A stretch of DNA of 63,587 nt, the filler included, from Octopus bimaculoides (lineage: Eukaryota): NCBI RefSeq assembly GCF_001194135.2. It is 7 parts of 7 records of this genome, joined end to end, with 100 filler letters (N's around TTAATTAATTAA, not from the genome) between each part and the next. Parts side by side here need not be neighbours in the genome. Positions count along the whole stretch, not along the records: positions 35,562 to 46,364 come from NC_068992.1; positions 46,465 to 57,544 come from NC_068983.1; 5 more parts are not named here. One strand, given 5' to 3'. The notes beneath the pieces were generated by a model that did no database searches, was not told the origin of the DNA, and saw nothing but the letters and a program-made list of their open reading frames with translations. Within the stretch, counting starts at the first letter, position 1. Every line of letters starts with the position of its first letter. A program made the translations under genes and the position numbers. Shown here one piece after another: positions 38,376 to 50,694 of this stretch.

Positions 38376-39473
38376 ATGTATGTATGTATGTATGTATGTA
38401 TGTATGTATGTATGTATGTGTGTGTGTATGCATGTGGATATGTACTTCATTCTTTTCTTTTACTGATTTGCTTGTTTCAGTCATGCAACTGTGACCATGC
38501 TGGGTTACCGCCAGGAAGAATTTTAGTCCAACGAATCGAACCTATTGCTTGTGGTTATTTTTACCATGGGGGTTATTTTTACCATTTTTTTTTCCTTTTC
38601 ATCTCTGTTTCTTAATCTTCCTACGACTGGTTCTAGTCTTGAAATTGATGCTTCGCACATCTGAGTGTAAAATATTCTAGTTTGAATCGAGTCATCGACT
38701 GAATTACGCAACAAATATATATCTATAATTACTATAATATCATTCTTTTCATATATTGTTATATATCATTAAAATTCAGTTTAGTTGTATATTATGCAAA
38801 ATTATTGTTATTATATTTTTTTATAATATCAATTTGCTTACTTTGCACAAATAGACAATTTTTAATGCGATTTTGTTTGATCTTTTAAATGCTGTGATAT
38901 TGTTTCGCTTCCATACTTTCCTCATCTACATTCCTCTAATTAAAATACGAACAAAATTAGTGTGATATGGAAATTCTCTGTTCTGGTATTTTTCTCTTCA
39001 CTATATGTATATGTTTTTTAACTTAAAGTTTTACTTCATAAATATATGTTTTATTCATCGTCATCATAATACAATTTTCTGAGATTTCAATTCGTTTTAG
39101 TTTGCCGAATTTGACACATGTATGAATCTCAAACATTTTGTTTCTACCATTTTCCCTTTCTTATATTTTTCCTTTCTTTCTTTTTATTCATTTATTTATT
39201 AGCTTTTCCATTTTTTTCATTTCTCCAACTCGATGGTATTCAAATTTCATGTGACGCAGTCTTTGTTTCCTAACTTTTTTACTTCATATCACGTTTTACA
39301 AATTCTATTGCTTTTCATCCATATAATTCCTAACTAGATTTAGAAACGTTCAGTGATGTGAGTATGTATGTATATGTGAATGCATGCATACATGTATGTA
39401 TAACGGTATGCATGCATACATACATATATGCATGTGTTTATATATATATATATATATAAATATACTTACATGA

Positions 39474-39523
<50 letters not shown>

Positions 39524-39991
39524 ATGCATAGATAGTTTTAAATATGTATGACTTAACTAGATGTCGCAAGTTCAGTGATATACGCCTGTATACGCATACA
39601 CAGACACATACACATACATACGTTATATATCTATACATATATCATATATGTCTGTATATATGTATACATATACGCACGCACGCACGCACACACACACACA
39701 TATATCAAACAGTATGATCTACAACAGTTGCTTTGTATACGATGGCTAAGACATCTCCAACACATTAGTGATCATACTAAACGATCGCACAAACGGTTTC
39801 GAAGACAGCGACTGACACGGGAAGTAACAACCTAGAAGAATGTAACTGGTTCAGGACAGCGAACAGAAACAAATCAAGGTTTCGAATATGAAGCTCGCCA
39901 GAAAACAATTCTCGCCATTTTCACACTATGACTAAGATAATGTTAAGACTGTATAATATTGTCCTAGGAATAAATTTTAAAAATAGATAGG

Positions 39992-40064
<73 letters not shown>

Positions 40065-40267
40065 CAGGTGTTGTAGCTTAGTGATAAGAGTGATGTTCGC
40101 AACATTGTGGTTTTGGTTCCCAGACCGATAGTGCGTTGTGTCCTTCAACAAAGAACTTGTTTCAATTCTCTCAGTTGTAAATTAGTGACCCCGTGAAAGA
40201 CTGACATCCCGTTCAGGAATTGTGTTCTAATCTTGATTACTTATGGCAGGGAAAGCGAGTATATATA

Positions 40268-40330
<63 letters not shown>

Positions 40331-40436
40331 TAGATTTAACCGAAAGATTAAATGTGGTACTTAAAATGTTTGAGGCACCAGAATTTGGTAGGTAGGGTAA
40401 AAACCAAAAATAAAATCAAGAGATTTGGTGAATAAA

Positions 40437-40554
40437 ATTTGAAGAAAAGCAACAAAAATTCAATAGGTTATAGCAATACGTACGTTTCGTACAAACTCCG
40501 TACGAAACGTACATACTGCTATAACCTATTGAATTTTGTTGATTTTCTTCAAAT
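40437..40554. repeat. 118-bp near-perfect palindrome (56/55-nt arms, 7-nt spacer)
   Basis: Arm 40437-40492 versus the reverse complement of 40500-40554 shows three substitutions and one 1-nt indel. Confidence 0.95.
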
Positions 40555-40673
40555 ATATATATACATGCGCACGCACGCATACGTATATGTGGTCAGTTAT
40601 ATATACACCGACATATGCGTATATGAAAGACATATGCATGTGTGTGCATATATATATATATATACATGTGTGC

Positions 40674-40725
<52 letters not shown>

Positions 40726-41536
40726 TTGCGTGTATATGTGTGTTCTTGTGCGTTTAGCAAACGCAGCATTGACACGTCATTTTCCTACCATCCCATTTAG
40801 ATGATGAGGACAAAAATGTGTAAACTGTTCGTTAATGGACTTAGAAACTCTATTATTTCAAACTGAAACAATTCTTTTGTGTTTTGAACATAACACATCT
40901 GAAAGAACATATATTCCACACTCAGACAAAATATCTGCATACGTGTGTGAGTGAACGTGTGTGTGTATGTGTGTGTGTGTGTGTTTGTGGGTGTGTGTTT
41001 GTGTGTGTATGAACCTGTGTGCGAGCGAATCTGTGTGTTTCAGGCATTTTTATTCATGACTCGGCTGTACATTGTATGCCACTCTGGTGGCCCCTACAAT
41101 AGCACTAATCATAACTATGAGTTGGACAACAATAGCAATATCAATTATTATAATTAGAAGAAAAATGTCTGATACATCATCAAGCGAGTATAGTTTAATA
41201 GTAGGAGCCTCTGTAGAAAATAGGTGACATTCGACTCTCTCACCTGACGAACTGCAGAATAAAATATTTTAAAATCTTCTTTGGTTCTCCACTAACGGAA
41301 ACCAGCATGCTTTCTTTTGTTCACTAAACAATTGCACTATTATTCACTCTGCTTCGCACACATCCCTTGTTCTTTCTTATCACTTTGTTTGTCTTTTTTG
41401 TCTTCCGAATTTTTCTTTTATATAACTACCTCTCCATTACTGTTCTTACCGCTTTCTCTCTTTAATGTTAATGCATCTCTCTCTATACTTTCCATATATT
41501 GTCTCTCACACTCTATCTCTCAAAATACCTCCCGTA

Positions 41537-41590
<54 letters not shown>

Positions 41591-42214
41591 CTTCATATCT
41601 ATCTATCTACTTATCTATCTGTCTATCCATCTCTCCATCCAATTATTCATTCACCTATCTATCTAATATCTATGTCTTCTTCTGCCGGCCTGTCTTTATG
41701 CTATCTTTCTGCTTTTACACTGAAGCATCTACTTAATTTTCTCTTTGAATAATAACGTCTGCCAGGAGCACATTGTAGTATGTGCTGTTGTTTTCTTTGG
41801 CGATCTTGATAATGGTGTTGATTTTGATGATGATGCTGATGGAAGTATTGGAGTTAATATTGTTAATAGTCATATTTGTGGTGCTGGTGGTGGTGGCGGT
41901 TGTTGCAGTTAGAGTTTTCTACGCGATAATTATGGCGATATTAGAAAACTATCATAGTAGTTGTAGTAATTTGTTGTTGTTGTTTTTAGCCCTCGGCCAA
42001 CCGTAATTGACAAGGCATATGATCAAAAACATTTCAATTGTGAGCATCTAATCACTTTTTTTCTTCTTCAGGTAATGTGCATCTAATACTACATTACTTA
42101 ATATGTTCTTCCTCTGTGCGAAATTTGGCTGTTATTTCCAGGAGTCGAGGTGATCGCTCGAAAGCACCTTGTTTTGCTCGTGATATAAGATAGCAGCAGT
42201 AATGGAAGTAGACA

Positions 42215-42262
<48 letters not shown>

Positions 42263-42540
42263 GTGGTGTTGTTGTTGTTGTTGTTGTTGTTGCTGTTGCT
42301 GTTGTTGTTGTTGTTGCTGCTGCTGCTGCTGGTCTTCGTCATCGTCGTCGACGTCGTCGTTCTCGTGGTGGTGTTGGCGGTGGTGGTGGTCGTGGTTATG
42401 GTGGTGGTGCTGGTGCTGGTACTAGTGGTGGTAGTGCTGTTGTTGTTGTTGTTGTTGGTCGTGGTGGTCGTCGTGGTCGTTATGGTGGTAGTGCTGGTGC
42501 TGGTGCTGTGCTAGTGGTGGTGGTGGTGGTAGTTGTGTTG
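42215..42540. repeat. Compound trinucleotide microsatellite (GTA)n(GTT)n(GCT)n(GGT)n
   Basis: Read directly; it produces the spurious poly-V/L ORFs. Confidence 0.95.
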
Positions 42541-43768
42541 TTGATGATACGGTAACAGTGACTGTCAAAAGTATGGGATCCTGTTATTAATCCAGTCACC
42601 CGGTAATTATTATCGCTGCATATCACAATAGAAAGAAGAATTAGTGAGAAGAGAAGCAGTTAAAACAACTTTTCAATACTTCCTTCCCTCCTTCGTTTTC
42701 TCTTCTCTTTCTCTCAAGCTCTCACAATTCTCTTTCACTATCCTTTCATTCCTTTATATTTCATCCTTTATTTAAACTATTTCTGTCCTCATAGCTCAGT
42801 CCATCCCTCTCTCCGATACAAATCAATCCACTCGCCCCCTTTTGCTGTTACCCTTTCTCTCACTTTGACACTTTTACTTCTCCCAATAGCTTCTAGGCCT
42901 TCTCTTATTTTACCAAATCTCATCTTACCCAGCCGCATTTCCCTATGTCTCATTTATAATCATGCTTCATCTTATTCTTATTTCCACGTTTTCTTCTTGT
43001 TTTTGCTAGCTCTTATACCATTTGACCTTCCTTTTTTTTTTTTTTTTTTGAAATATATTTCAATCTATTTAATTTCACCCCACATCGCTATCTCTTTTAA
43101 CTCCTTGCCACGCATACTCACACAGGCTATTCTCCAGTGTCTGTACAATAACACCAAGCCTCTCTCCGCCTGTCATACATCTACTTCTCTGCTTCTCCAT
43201 CTACCTTATTAAATTCTCCATTTTTCTTTTTCTGCCTATCGGTCTCATCTGCTTTCTCCGCGTACAACCAATATTATCTTCCATTGTATCTCTCTGCATC
43301 TTCTCGTGATGATTGAGTTCACCTCGTTCTTACAGGTGAAATAAACATCGGAAAAGCTTCGCTGCACGCAGTAACCGAAGACTCTGTTTAAACATATTTC
43401 CAGCTTTTCTTGCGATGGCGATTAAAGCTATCGTCTGCACTTCACCAGTGTGGGGCAGCCAGGACTAAACTTAGCTTTTGCCAGCAAAAAGGTTCCATAT
43501 GTGTTCTCTTGTCAACCTCAACAGCCTCAAACTAGTTTCAGCAGCCATATCAATCTTTTCGGTGGCTTCTTTCATTTTCTTGCGTTCAAAAATAATTTTC
43601 TGTAGGAAATAGTGTACTGATGGTTGTAAATATATCTGTCCAGTTTTATCACGCCTACAGAGGAAATATCAATCACATAATGCATTTTCCCTTCATGAAC
43701 ATACTCCATCGGGTATTGAGACGTTTCAAAATTGATTGTCAAATACAAATAACCACAAGCTACATGCA

Positions 43769-43827
<59 letters not shown>

Positions 43828-43828
43828 C

Positions 43829-43870
<42 letters not shown>

Positions 43871-44123
43871 ATAATAAGGGCAGTTCTACTCATAAATGCC
43901 TCGCGCTTTGAGGGACTCTTAAGATTAAAACTACCATAATAAGTACATTGTACCTAACGCGTTGGAAATGCAACTCTAGAAGCGAGCTTCTTATGCATAT
44001 ATATATATATGTTCTTCTATGTATATATATATATATATTCTTCTATGTATATGTATGCATATATATCTACATCTAACTATCAATCTATATATCTATCTGT
44101 CCGTCTGTTTATATTACCAGAGA

Positions 44124-44503
44124 GTGGAGGCGCAATGGCCCAGTGGTTAGGGCAGCGGACTCGCGGTGATAGGATCGCGGTTTCGATTACCAGACCGGGC
44201 GTTGTGAGTGTTTATTGAGCGAAAACACCTAAAGCTCTCCGAGGCTCCGGCAGGGTATGGCGGCAAACACTGATGTACTCTTTCACCATAACTTTCACTC
44301 TTACTTCCTGTTTCTCTTGTGCCTGTAATTCAAAGGGTCAGCCTTGTCACCCATGTGTCACGCTGAATATCCCCGAGAACTACGTTAAGGGTACACGTAT
44401 CTGTGGAGTGCTCAGGCACTTGCACGTTAATTTCACGAGCAGGTTGTTCCGTTAATCGGATCAACTGGAACCCTCGCCGTCGTAAGCGATTGAGTGCCAA
44501 CAA
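44124..44503 (+). mobile_element. Full-length tRNA-derived SINE family D
   Basis: A-box TGGCCCAGTGG and B-box-like GGTTTCGATTACC. Conserved core gtctgtggagtgctcagccacttgcacgttaatttcacgagc is shared with 52398-52777, 28299-28626 and 12175-12510. Confidence 0.85.
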
Positions 44504-45589
44504 ACATAACCAGAGATATATTTTCCTTGCACTTTTTTCCTCCTCTCTGGGTCTTTCTTCAGCCCTCTTCGAGACGTTGCACACCCACTATTCTTTCTCT
44601 CTTATACTGAGCATCAACTAATACATTCCATGTGTCTGTCCTTTTGACTTTTGTTATTTTTAATTTTCGATAAGCCCATATACGATATATGTGTGTGTGT
44701 GTGTTTGTATGTATATATTCGCACACACTCACTTTACACACTCATACATATTTTGTATCATATACCCATACATTCACATATAATATATATTCATAACATA
44801 GAATAAAATAATATTGAAAATCATATTAATAGAACAATCAATAAATATATCAGTTTCACAAAGAGAATTATGCAATCAAATTTAGACAAAATATCAGAAT
44901 CGAAACATATTGATCTCCCAACCACACAGACACGCTAGTAACTCCAAAGAACTCCCGCTATGATCTTCTACTTATACAACATATATTTGAACGAGCAGCC
45001 TCCTCATAAACAAAACACCTATGGCTATATACATCTTAAATTCCATACCTTACAAACGAAATCGATTAGAAGCTGGTTATATCTATTTCCCTATTGTTAA
45101 GAAATAGAAACTTGCCCTAAGCAGCACTTCAAATGTTTCAAATAAGTTACTTATACTTTGCATAGTTATCCTTCATACGAACGTCAGAACTATAAAATCA
45201 ATACATTGAGATTTTCGGCTTTTTTTGGTTTTGCTTTATTTAATTTTTTTTTTTAATGATTATATTTAGTATTTTCCCCGATGTCATATACATATAGATT
45301 GTCACATAAAGACAGCTATGAATCTTGGAATATATCTTTTGGCAAACGCTACTGAAATTATTCAATGTATTGCAGTTAGAAATCTATATACAGGCAGATG
45401 TGCAGTTTATTAATGCGAAATAAAACTTCGTGGTTTCTTATCAAACCCCCAGAATACACGAATAATAGATAAATGTAGCAATATGATCATTTCATTGTTC
45501 TTTCATCTCCCACTCTCTCTCTCTTTCTCTCTCTCATACATCCAAACATACATTCTGTGTGTGTTTACACAGATACCACTAGCAAGGCA

Positions 45590-45897
45590 CTGGACCCCAC
45601 GAATTGATTATTTTTAAAGCCTACTACTTATTCTATTAGTATTTTTGGCCGAACAGCTAAGTTGCGGCAACGTAAACACACCAACACCGGTTGCCAAGCA
45701 ATGATGGGGTCAAACACACACACACACATATTTATATACATACGACAGGCTTCTTTCAGTTTCCGTCTACCAAATCAACTCATAAGGCTTTGGTCGGCTC
45801 GAGGCTAGAGCAGAAAATACTTGCCCAAGGTGCTACGCATGGGACTGAAGCCGGAACTATGTGAAGCAATCGTCTTACCACATATCCGTGCCTGTAC
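45590..45897 (-). mobile_element. SINE family A (partial); a diverged plus-strand copy follows at about 45940-46300
   Basis: Body and head motifs shared with 55194-55596. Confidence 0.7.
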
Positions 45898-46364
45898 CGG
45901 GGGGGTACATATATATATATATGCTTGTGTATATATTGCTGTCATAAGTAATCTGATACCCAGCCACATGGTACCGCGTTCAATCCCCCGCTCCCTGTGT
46001 GGAATCCTGGGCGAGTTCCTTCAGGTATAACTGCGAATCGACAAAACCCTTGTGGCAGGCGACAATTGAGAGAAGCCCGTTGTATATATGTATGTGCGTC
46101 ATCGTGTCTATTTTTATTCTTTAAAAAACATGTCAAACGTTCTTGTGCTTACGTCCGCGTAACCTAAAGGTACGACAAAAAAGTCCGATAGGATAAAGAC
46201 TAGAAAATAAAGAAGTACTTGAAGGCATTCAGTTAACTTAAATTCTTCAGGATTATGCCCCAACATGGCGATGGTCTAACGACTAAAACAAGGGTTAAAA
46301 GATATGTATGATGTATGTACGTAGATATATATATGAACATGTATATATATATATATATATATAT

Positions 46365-46464
46365 NNNNNNNNNNNNNNNNNNNNNNNNNNNNNNNNNNNN
46401 NNNNNNNNTTAATTAATTAANNNNNNNNNNNNNNNNNNNNNNNNNNNNNNNNNNNNNNNNNNNN
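46365..46464. other. Artificial scaffold linker
   Basis: N44-TTAATTAATTAA-N44. Confidence 0.97.
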
Positions 46465-46517
<53 letters not shown>

Positions 46518-46518
<1 letters not shown>

Positions 46519-48760
46519 TAATCGCATGATCCTTGAGAACTGCCATAACAAGCGCAGAAATCTCACCTTTTGATTATACAAATTGATTATAAAAAAGCCT
46601 TTGAGAGCATACCACATTCGTGGATTCTGAAATCGCTGGACATTTTCAAAATTTCTCCTGTGATTTCAGATTTTTTAAAGTATAATATGTCACTATGGAA
46701 CACGAAACTCCAGTTATATCATTCTAATGGAGTATTGCACTCAAACAATATTAACATAAACTGTGGTATTTTCCAAGGTGGCTCACTTTCACCACTAATT
46801 TTCTGCATAGCACTAATACCACTCAGAAGTGAATTGAATAGAACAGGAAATGGCTACAAAATTGACAACAGGAAAATAAACCATCTATTTTATATGGATG
46901 ATTTAAAACTATATGGCAAAGATGATGAAGAGCTTGAAGGACTACTACATAGTGTGAAAGGATTCAGTGATGATATCGCGATGGAGTTTGGCCTTGAAAA
47001 GTGTGCCAAAGCCACTTTTAAGAAAGGGAAACTGGTAAAGTCAAGTTCAATAGAATTAGGTATCGAAACAGTAATAAAGGAATTTGAGCAGGAATAAAAC
47101 TATAAATATCTAGGAATAAATGAAGGCTCTGGTATCCAGCATGCAAGCATGAAAGAGAAGGTTAGGAAGGTATTTTATAGAAGAGTTCAAACAGTTTTGA
47201 AGTCTGAGCTGAATGCATATAATAAGGTATTAGCCATAAATTCCTCAGCAGTCCCAGTTGTTCTTTATAGCTTCAATGTACTTAACTGGAATACCAGTGA
47301 AATAATGAAAATTGATTGAAAAATCCGCAAGCTACTGACTTGTAATAAAATGCACCATTCAAAGACAGACGTGGATCGTTTTTACCTTCCCAGAGCTCAA
47401 GGAGGTCGAGGCTTGATCCAGCTTGAACTTACATACAAAACCACCACAATCAGACTGGCCAAATACCTTGAAATAACCAACTATTGGATGCTGAAACTTG
47501 TTGGAAAACATGAAAACCGAAAAAACCTTCACTCTATTCTGAAAGAGAGCAAACAATTTGCTACTGATCTCTTAGATAACCACCAGCTTGATCAGGTTGA
47601 AGGAAATGCGCCAACTGCTACTACAAAGAAAATAAAATTAATTGCAATGACAAAAGCACATGAAAAATTAGCTAGCAGATGGGTACAGAAACCTCATCAT
47701 GGCAAGTATGTGGCCCGTAGCAAACAAGCTGATGTCGACCAGAAACACACGCATCAATGGTTACGAAGCTCAGGGCTAAAAGGAGAGAGTGAAGGCTTCA
47801 TATTAGCTGCTCAAGACCAAAGCTTATTAAAACGGAACTACCAAGTCAATGTGGTCAAACACGGAGCTGACCCAAAATGCCGATTCTGTAACGATGAGAT
47901 TGAAACTATAGACCACCTAATCTCAGGGCGTAGAGTCTTAGCACCTGTAGAATGTAAACCAAGACATGACAGAGTCGGCCAGTATTTACACTGGACAATA
48001 TGTTGGCATTATAAAGTCAAAACCGCTGACAAATGGTATAAATACCATCTTGAAGCTGTGACTGAAGGAGAAAATGTGTCGATTCTCTTGGACTTCCCCG
48101 TGCATACCAACCAAACTATAAAAGCTAATAAACCGGATATTATTATAAAAGATCAGACAAAAAATATGTGTTCATTAATTGACATGAGTATTCTTTGCGA
48201 CCACAATATAGCGGCGAAAGAATTTGACAAGATCAGTAAATATAAAGACTTGCTAATAGAAATTGAAAAGAAATGTGGCATCTCAAGGCGACTACCGTAC
48301 CAGTGATTGTAGGATCTCTAGGAATGATAAAAATGGTACTGAAACCAATTTGAAATTGATACCAGGCTTACCATAACTACAGGAAGTGCAAAGAAATCGT
48401 GTTAACTGGAACGACTCATGTACTGAGAAGAGAATTATCGCTGTGAAAACAACATACACTAAGAGGAATTATTTAGGGTTTGCATAATTCATCGTTGGAC
48501 ACGTGGTTTTTTTGTTCGATATCCTTAAAGAACCCTTGTTTTGAGCGGGATGGGCGACTGGACCTGAAGTAAACCTAACTGGGCCCCACCTAAAAGTTCA
48601 TGCGCTGTTTATCTTGATATGGGATCACTATGTCGTGCATATATGGTTGTGATGCATGTGCCTGGTCTACCCATATCGGACGGGTAGTCATTATGGGTGT
48701 TCTGGGCTTCGTATATTTTACCCCAGTGACACTTTAATTGCATGCACTGCTCTCTCACTC
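46518..48760 (+). mobile_element. 5'-truncated, decayed R4/Dong-type non-LTR retrotransposon (RT, zinc knuckle, restriction-like endonuclease, 3' UTR)
   Basis: RT motifs IDYKKAFESIPHSWI, GIFQGGSLSPLIF and YMDD (46891-46902). Knuckle CRFC..ETIDHLISG(R), RHD motif and KPDII..D..LID..KEFDKISKY endonuclease motif. Stops at 47095 and about 47316, frameshift near 48280, terminal TGA at 48444-48446. (AAT)n on both flanks. Confidence 0.9.
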
Positions 48761-48820
<60 letters not shown>

Positions 48821-48824
<4 letters not shown>

Positions 48825-48998
48825 TCGAAAATACCTTAGGAATGAGGCCCAGGTTGGAAATTACCCCAAGACACGTGATGTAGGCTGGAGCGTATATCAG
48901 CCGAAACGTTGTGTTAACAACAAACAAGATGAGGACAAATACCCGTCGAATATAAATGATGTAAACATCGTACATAATTCCTCATCTTTTAAACATAG

Positions 48999-49000
<2 letters not shown>
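48821..49000 (+). mobile_element. Short Penelope pLTR/retrozyme-like repeat carrying a mutated hammerhead motif
   Basis: GACAC-GTGATGT-AGGCTG(10 nt)CAGCC-GAAAC-GTT-GTGTT at 48870-48915. Confidence 0.55.
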
Positions 49001-49034
<34 letters not shown>

Positions 49035-49035
<1 letters not shown>

Positions 49036-49800
49036 ACAGTTTAGCCGCACTCACCCTGCACCACGGTCTCGAGTCGTTGCTCAGATTTGGCGCATGCATT
49101 TCTCCCTGTGACCTTGGGAATGTCTTCGAACACTACAATGTTCTTGGCCACCAGGTTAGTCTCGGCATTGCAGGCAGCGCGGTCAGTATCTTTATGAACT
49201 AGGCCCCACACATAGTTATCCATAGTATTACAATTGGGGGAATTGGGAGGCCAGAAAATGAGTATGGTGAAATCGTGAAAATTCTCCGACAATCACTTCT
49301 AAACCTTTACGGCACTGTGTCAAGGAGCTAAAATCCGCCGCCATACTCGTGACATTGAAGCAACAACACCCTGCAGCTAGGATTTGACAAACATTTTCAG
49401 CAGCTGCACATAGCGACCTGAATTAATCCTAAGGCCCTGCGTAAAGGTTTGGGACGCTTGTTGTGTCCCTTCCGGCTGGCTACGGTGTCATCGTTTCCGT
49501 TGTAGCTGTCCTTGTCACGTCTTACAGCCTTTACAGTGATCACAGGGCATTGAAGAGCAGTAATTATGTCAGTATTTTGAAACCCAACGTGAATCATCAT
49601 GCTACAGGTAAATCTTTTCCAATATTCAGATGGCTTCCAGTGCTTCATGTCAGGTAAGTTTTTCTCGAATACAATTTAAATATTCATGCTCTCCAACGCC
49701 GTTGACAGTTTATCATTGATAAACAGTCAACGACACTGGAGAACATCAATCTGTTCATAAAAAGTATGAATGGCAATAACATAAATTAAGATGATCACTA
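49035..49800 (-). mobile_element. Internally deleted Tc1/mariner-superfamily element (maT/DD37D-like)
   Basis: C-terminal FWPPNSPNCNTMDNYVWG..NAC..QRLETVV matches the WPPxSPDxNPxDY motif. N-terminal remnant at 49397-49648. The catalytic core is missing. Confidence 0.65.
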
Positions 49801-50275
49801 AGTCAAAATTTGAGTTTTGGATCAAAAGTAAACCAAAACTAATGAGTGAAAGAATATTTCAATAAGTATTTCTCTATCTTCTATTTTATGCAAATATATT
49901 TAAACCACACCGTGAAGACAACTAGATCTCAATGCTTTGAGGTGGTTTAAAATGGTATACTAAATATACAAAAATGAACAGGAATTAATGCTAGTTAATG
50001 ATAAAGAAAATCGGCGTGAATTTTGGTCTGGAAATATTTTGCAGTTTATCTTGTAATGAGGGAAAATTAATAAAAATAGTAATGTTATATTGCCTACAGA
50101 AACAGGCATAGAATTATACGGAACACAGGTTACAAATATTTAGGATTTAATAAAGCAGACATTAATAACGTTGTAGAATTCTTCCCATAAAGGAGAGAAA
50201 AACTTTAGGAAGGCGTTGTATAGACGTATAAGTTTAATAATCAAGTCCTAGTTAAATGTCAGCAGTACTGGTATT

Positions 50276-50354
<79 letters not shown>

Positions 50355-50694
50355 CATAAATAATAATAGTATAAACCCAGTCTTAATCTAAATCATTGGC
50401 GACACATTGTTAATGGAATATCCAAATGGAAATAAAAATTCACAAATATGAAGAATGATTAAAAGTACAACATCACTATAACTAATGTTTGAGGAAAACC
50501 AAGTGTCTCAACATGTCGTACAGAGATCGATCGTTCAAAACAGACACAGAAATAAGAATAGAAATGTTTAGTGAATGTTTACTGTGGGCAAACATTATGT
50601 ATGTATGTATGTATGTATGTAAGTATGTATGTATGTATGTATGTATGTATGTATGTATGTACGTATGTATGTATATATGGATGTGTGTATATAT

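Noticed and set aside
42202-42555. Gly/Arg-rich RGG-like ORF
   Set aside because: It lies entirely within a compound trinucleotide microsatellite.
44124-44200. tRNA gene calls for SINE heads (also 52700-52777, 58256-58330, 28299-28375)
   Set aside because: A/B-box-like motifs are present but there is no cloverleaf acceptor stem, and each continues into a multi-copy SINE body.
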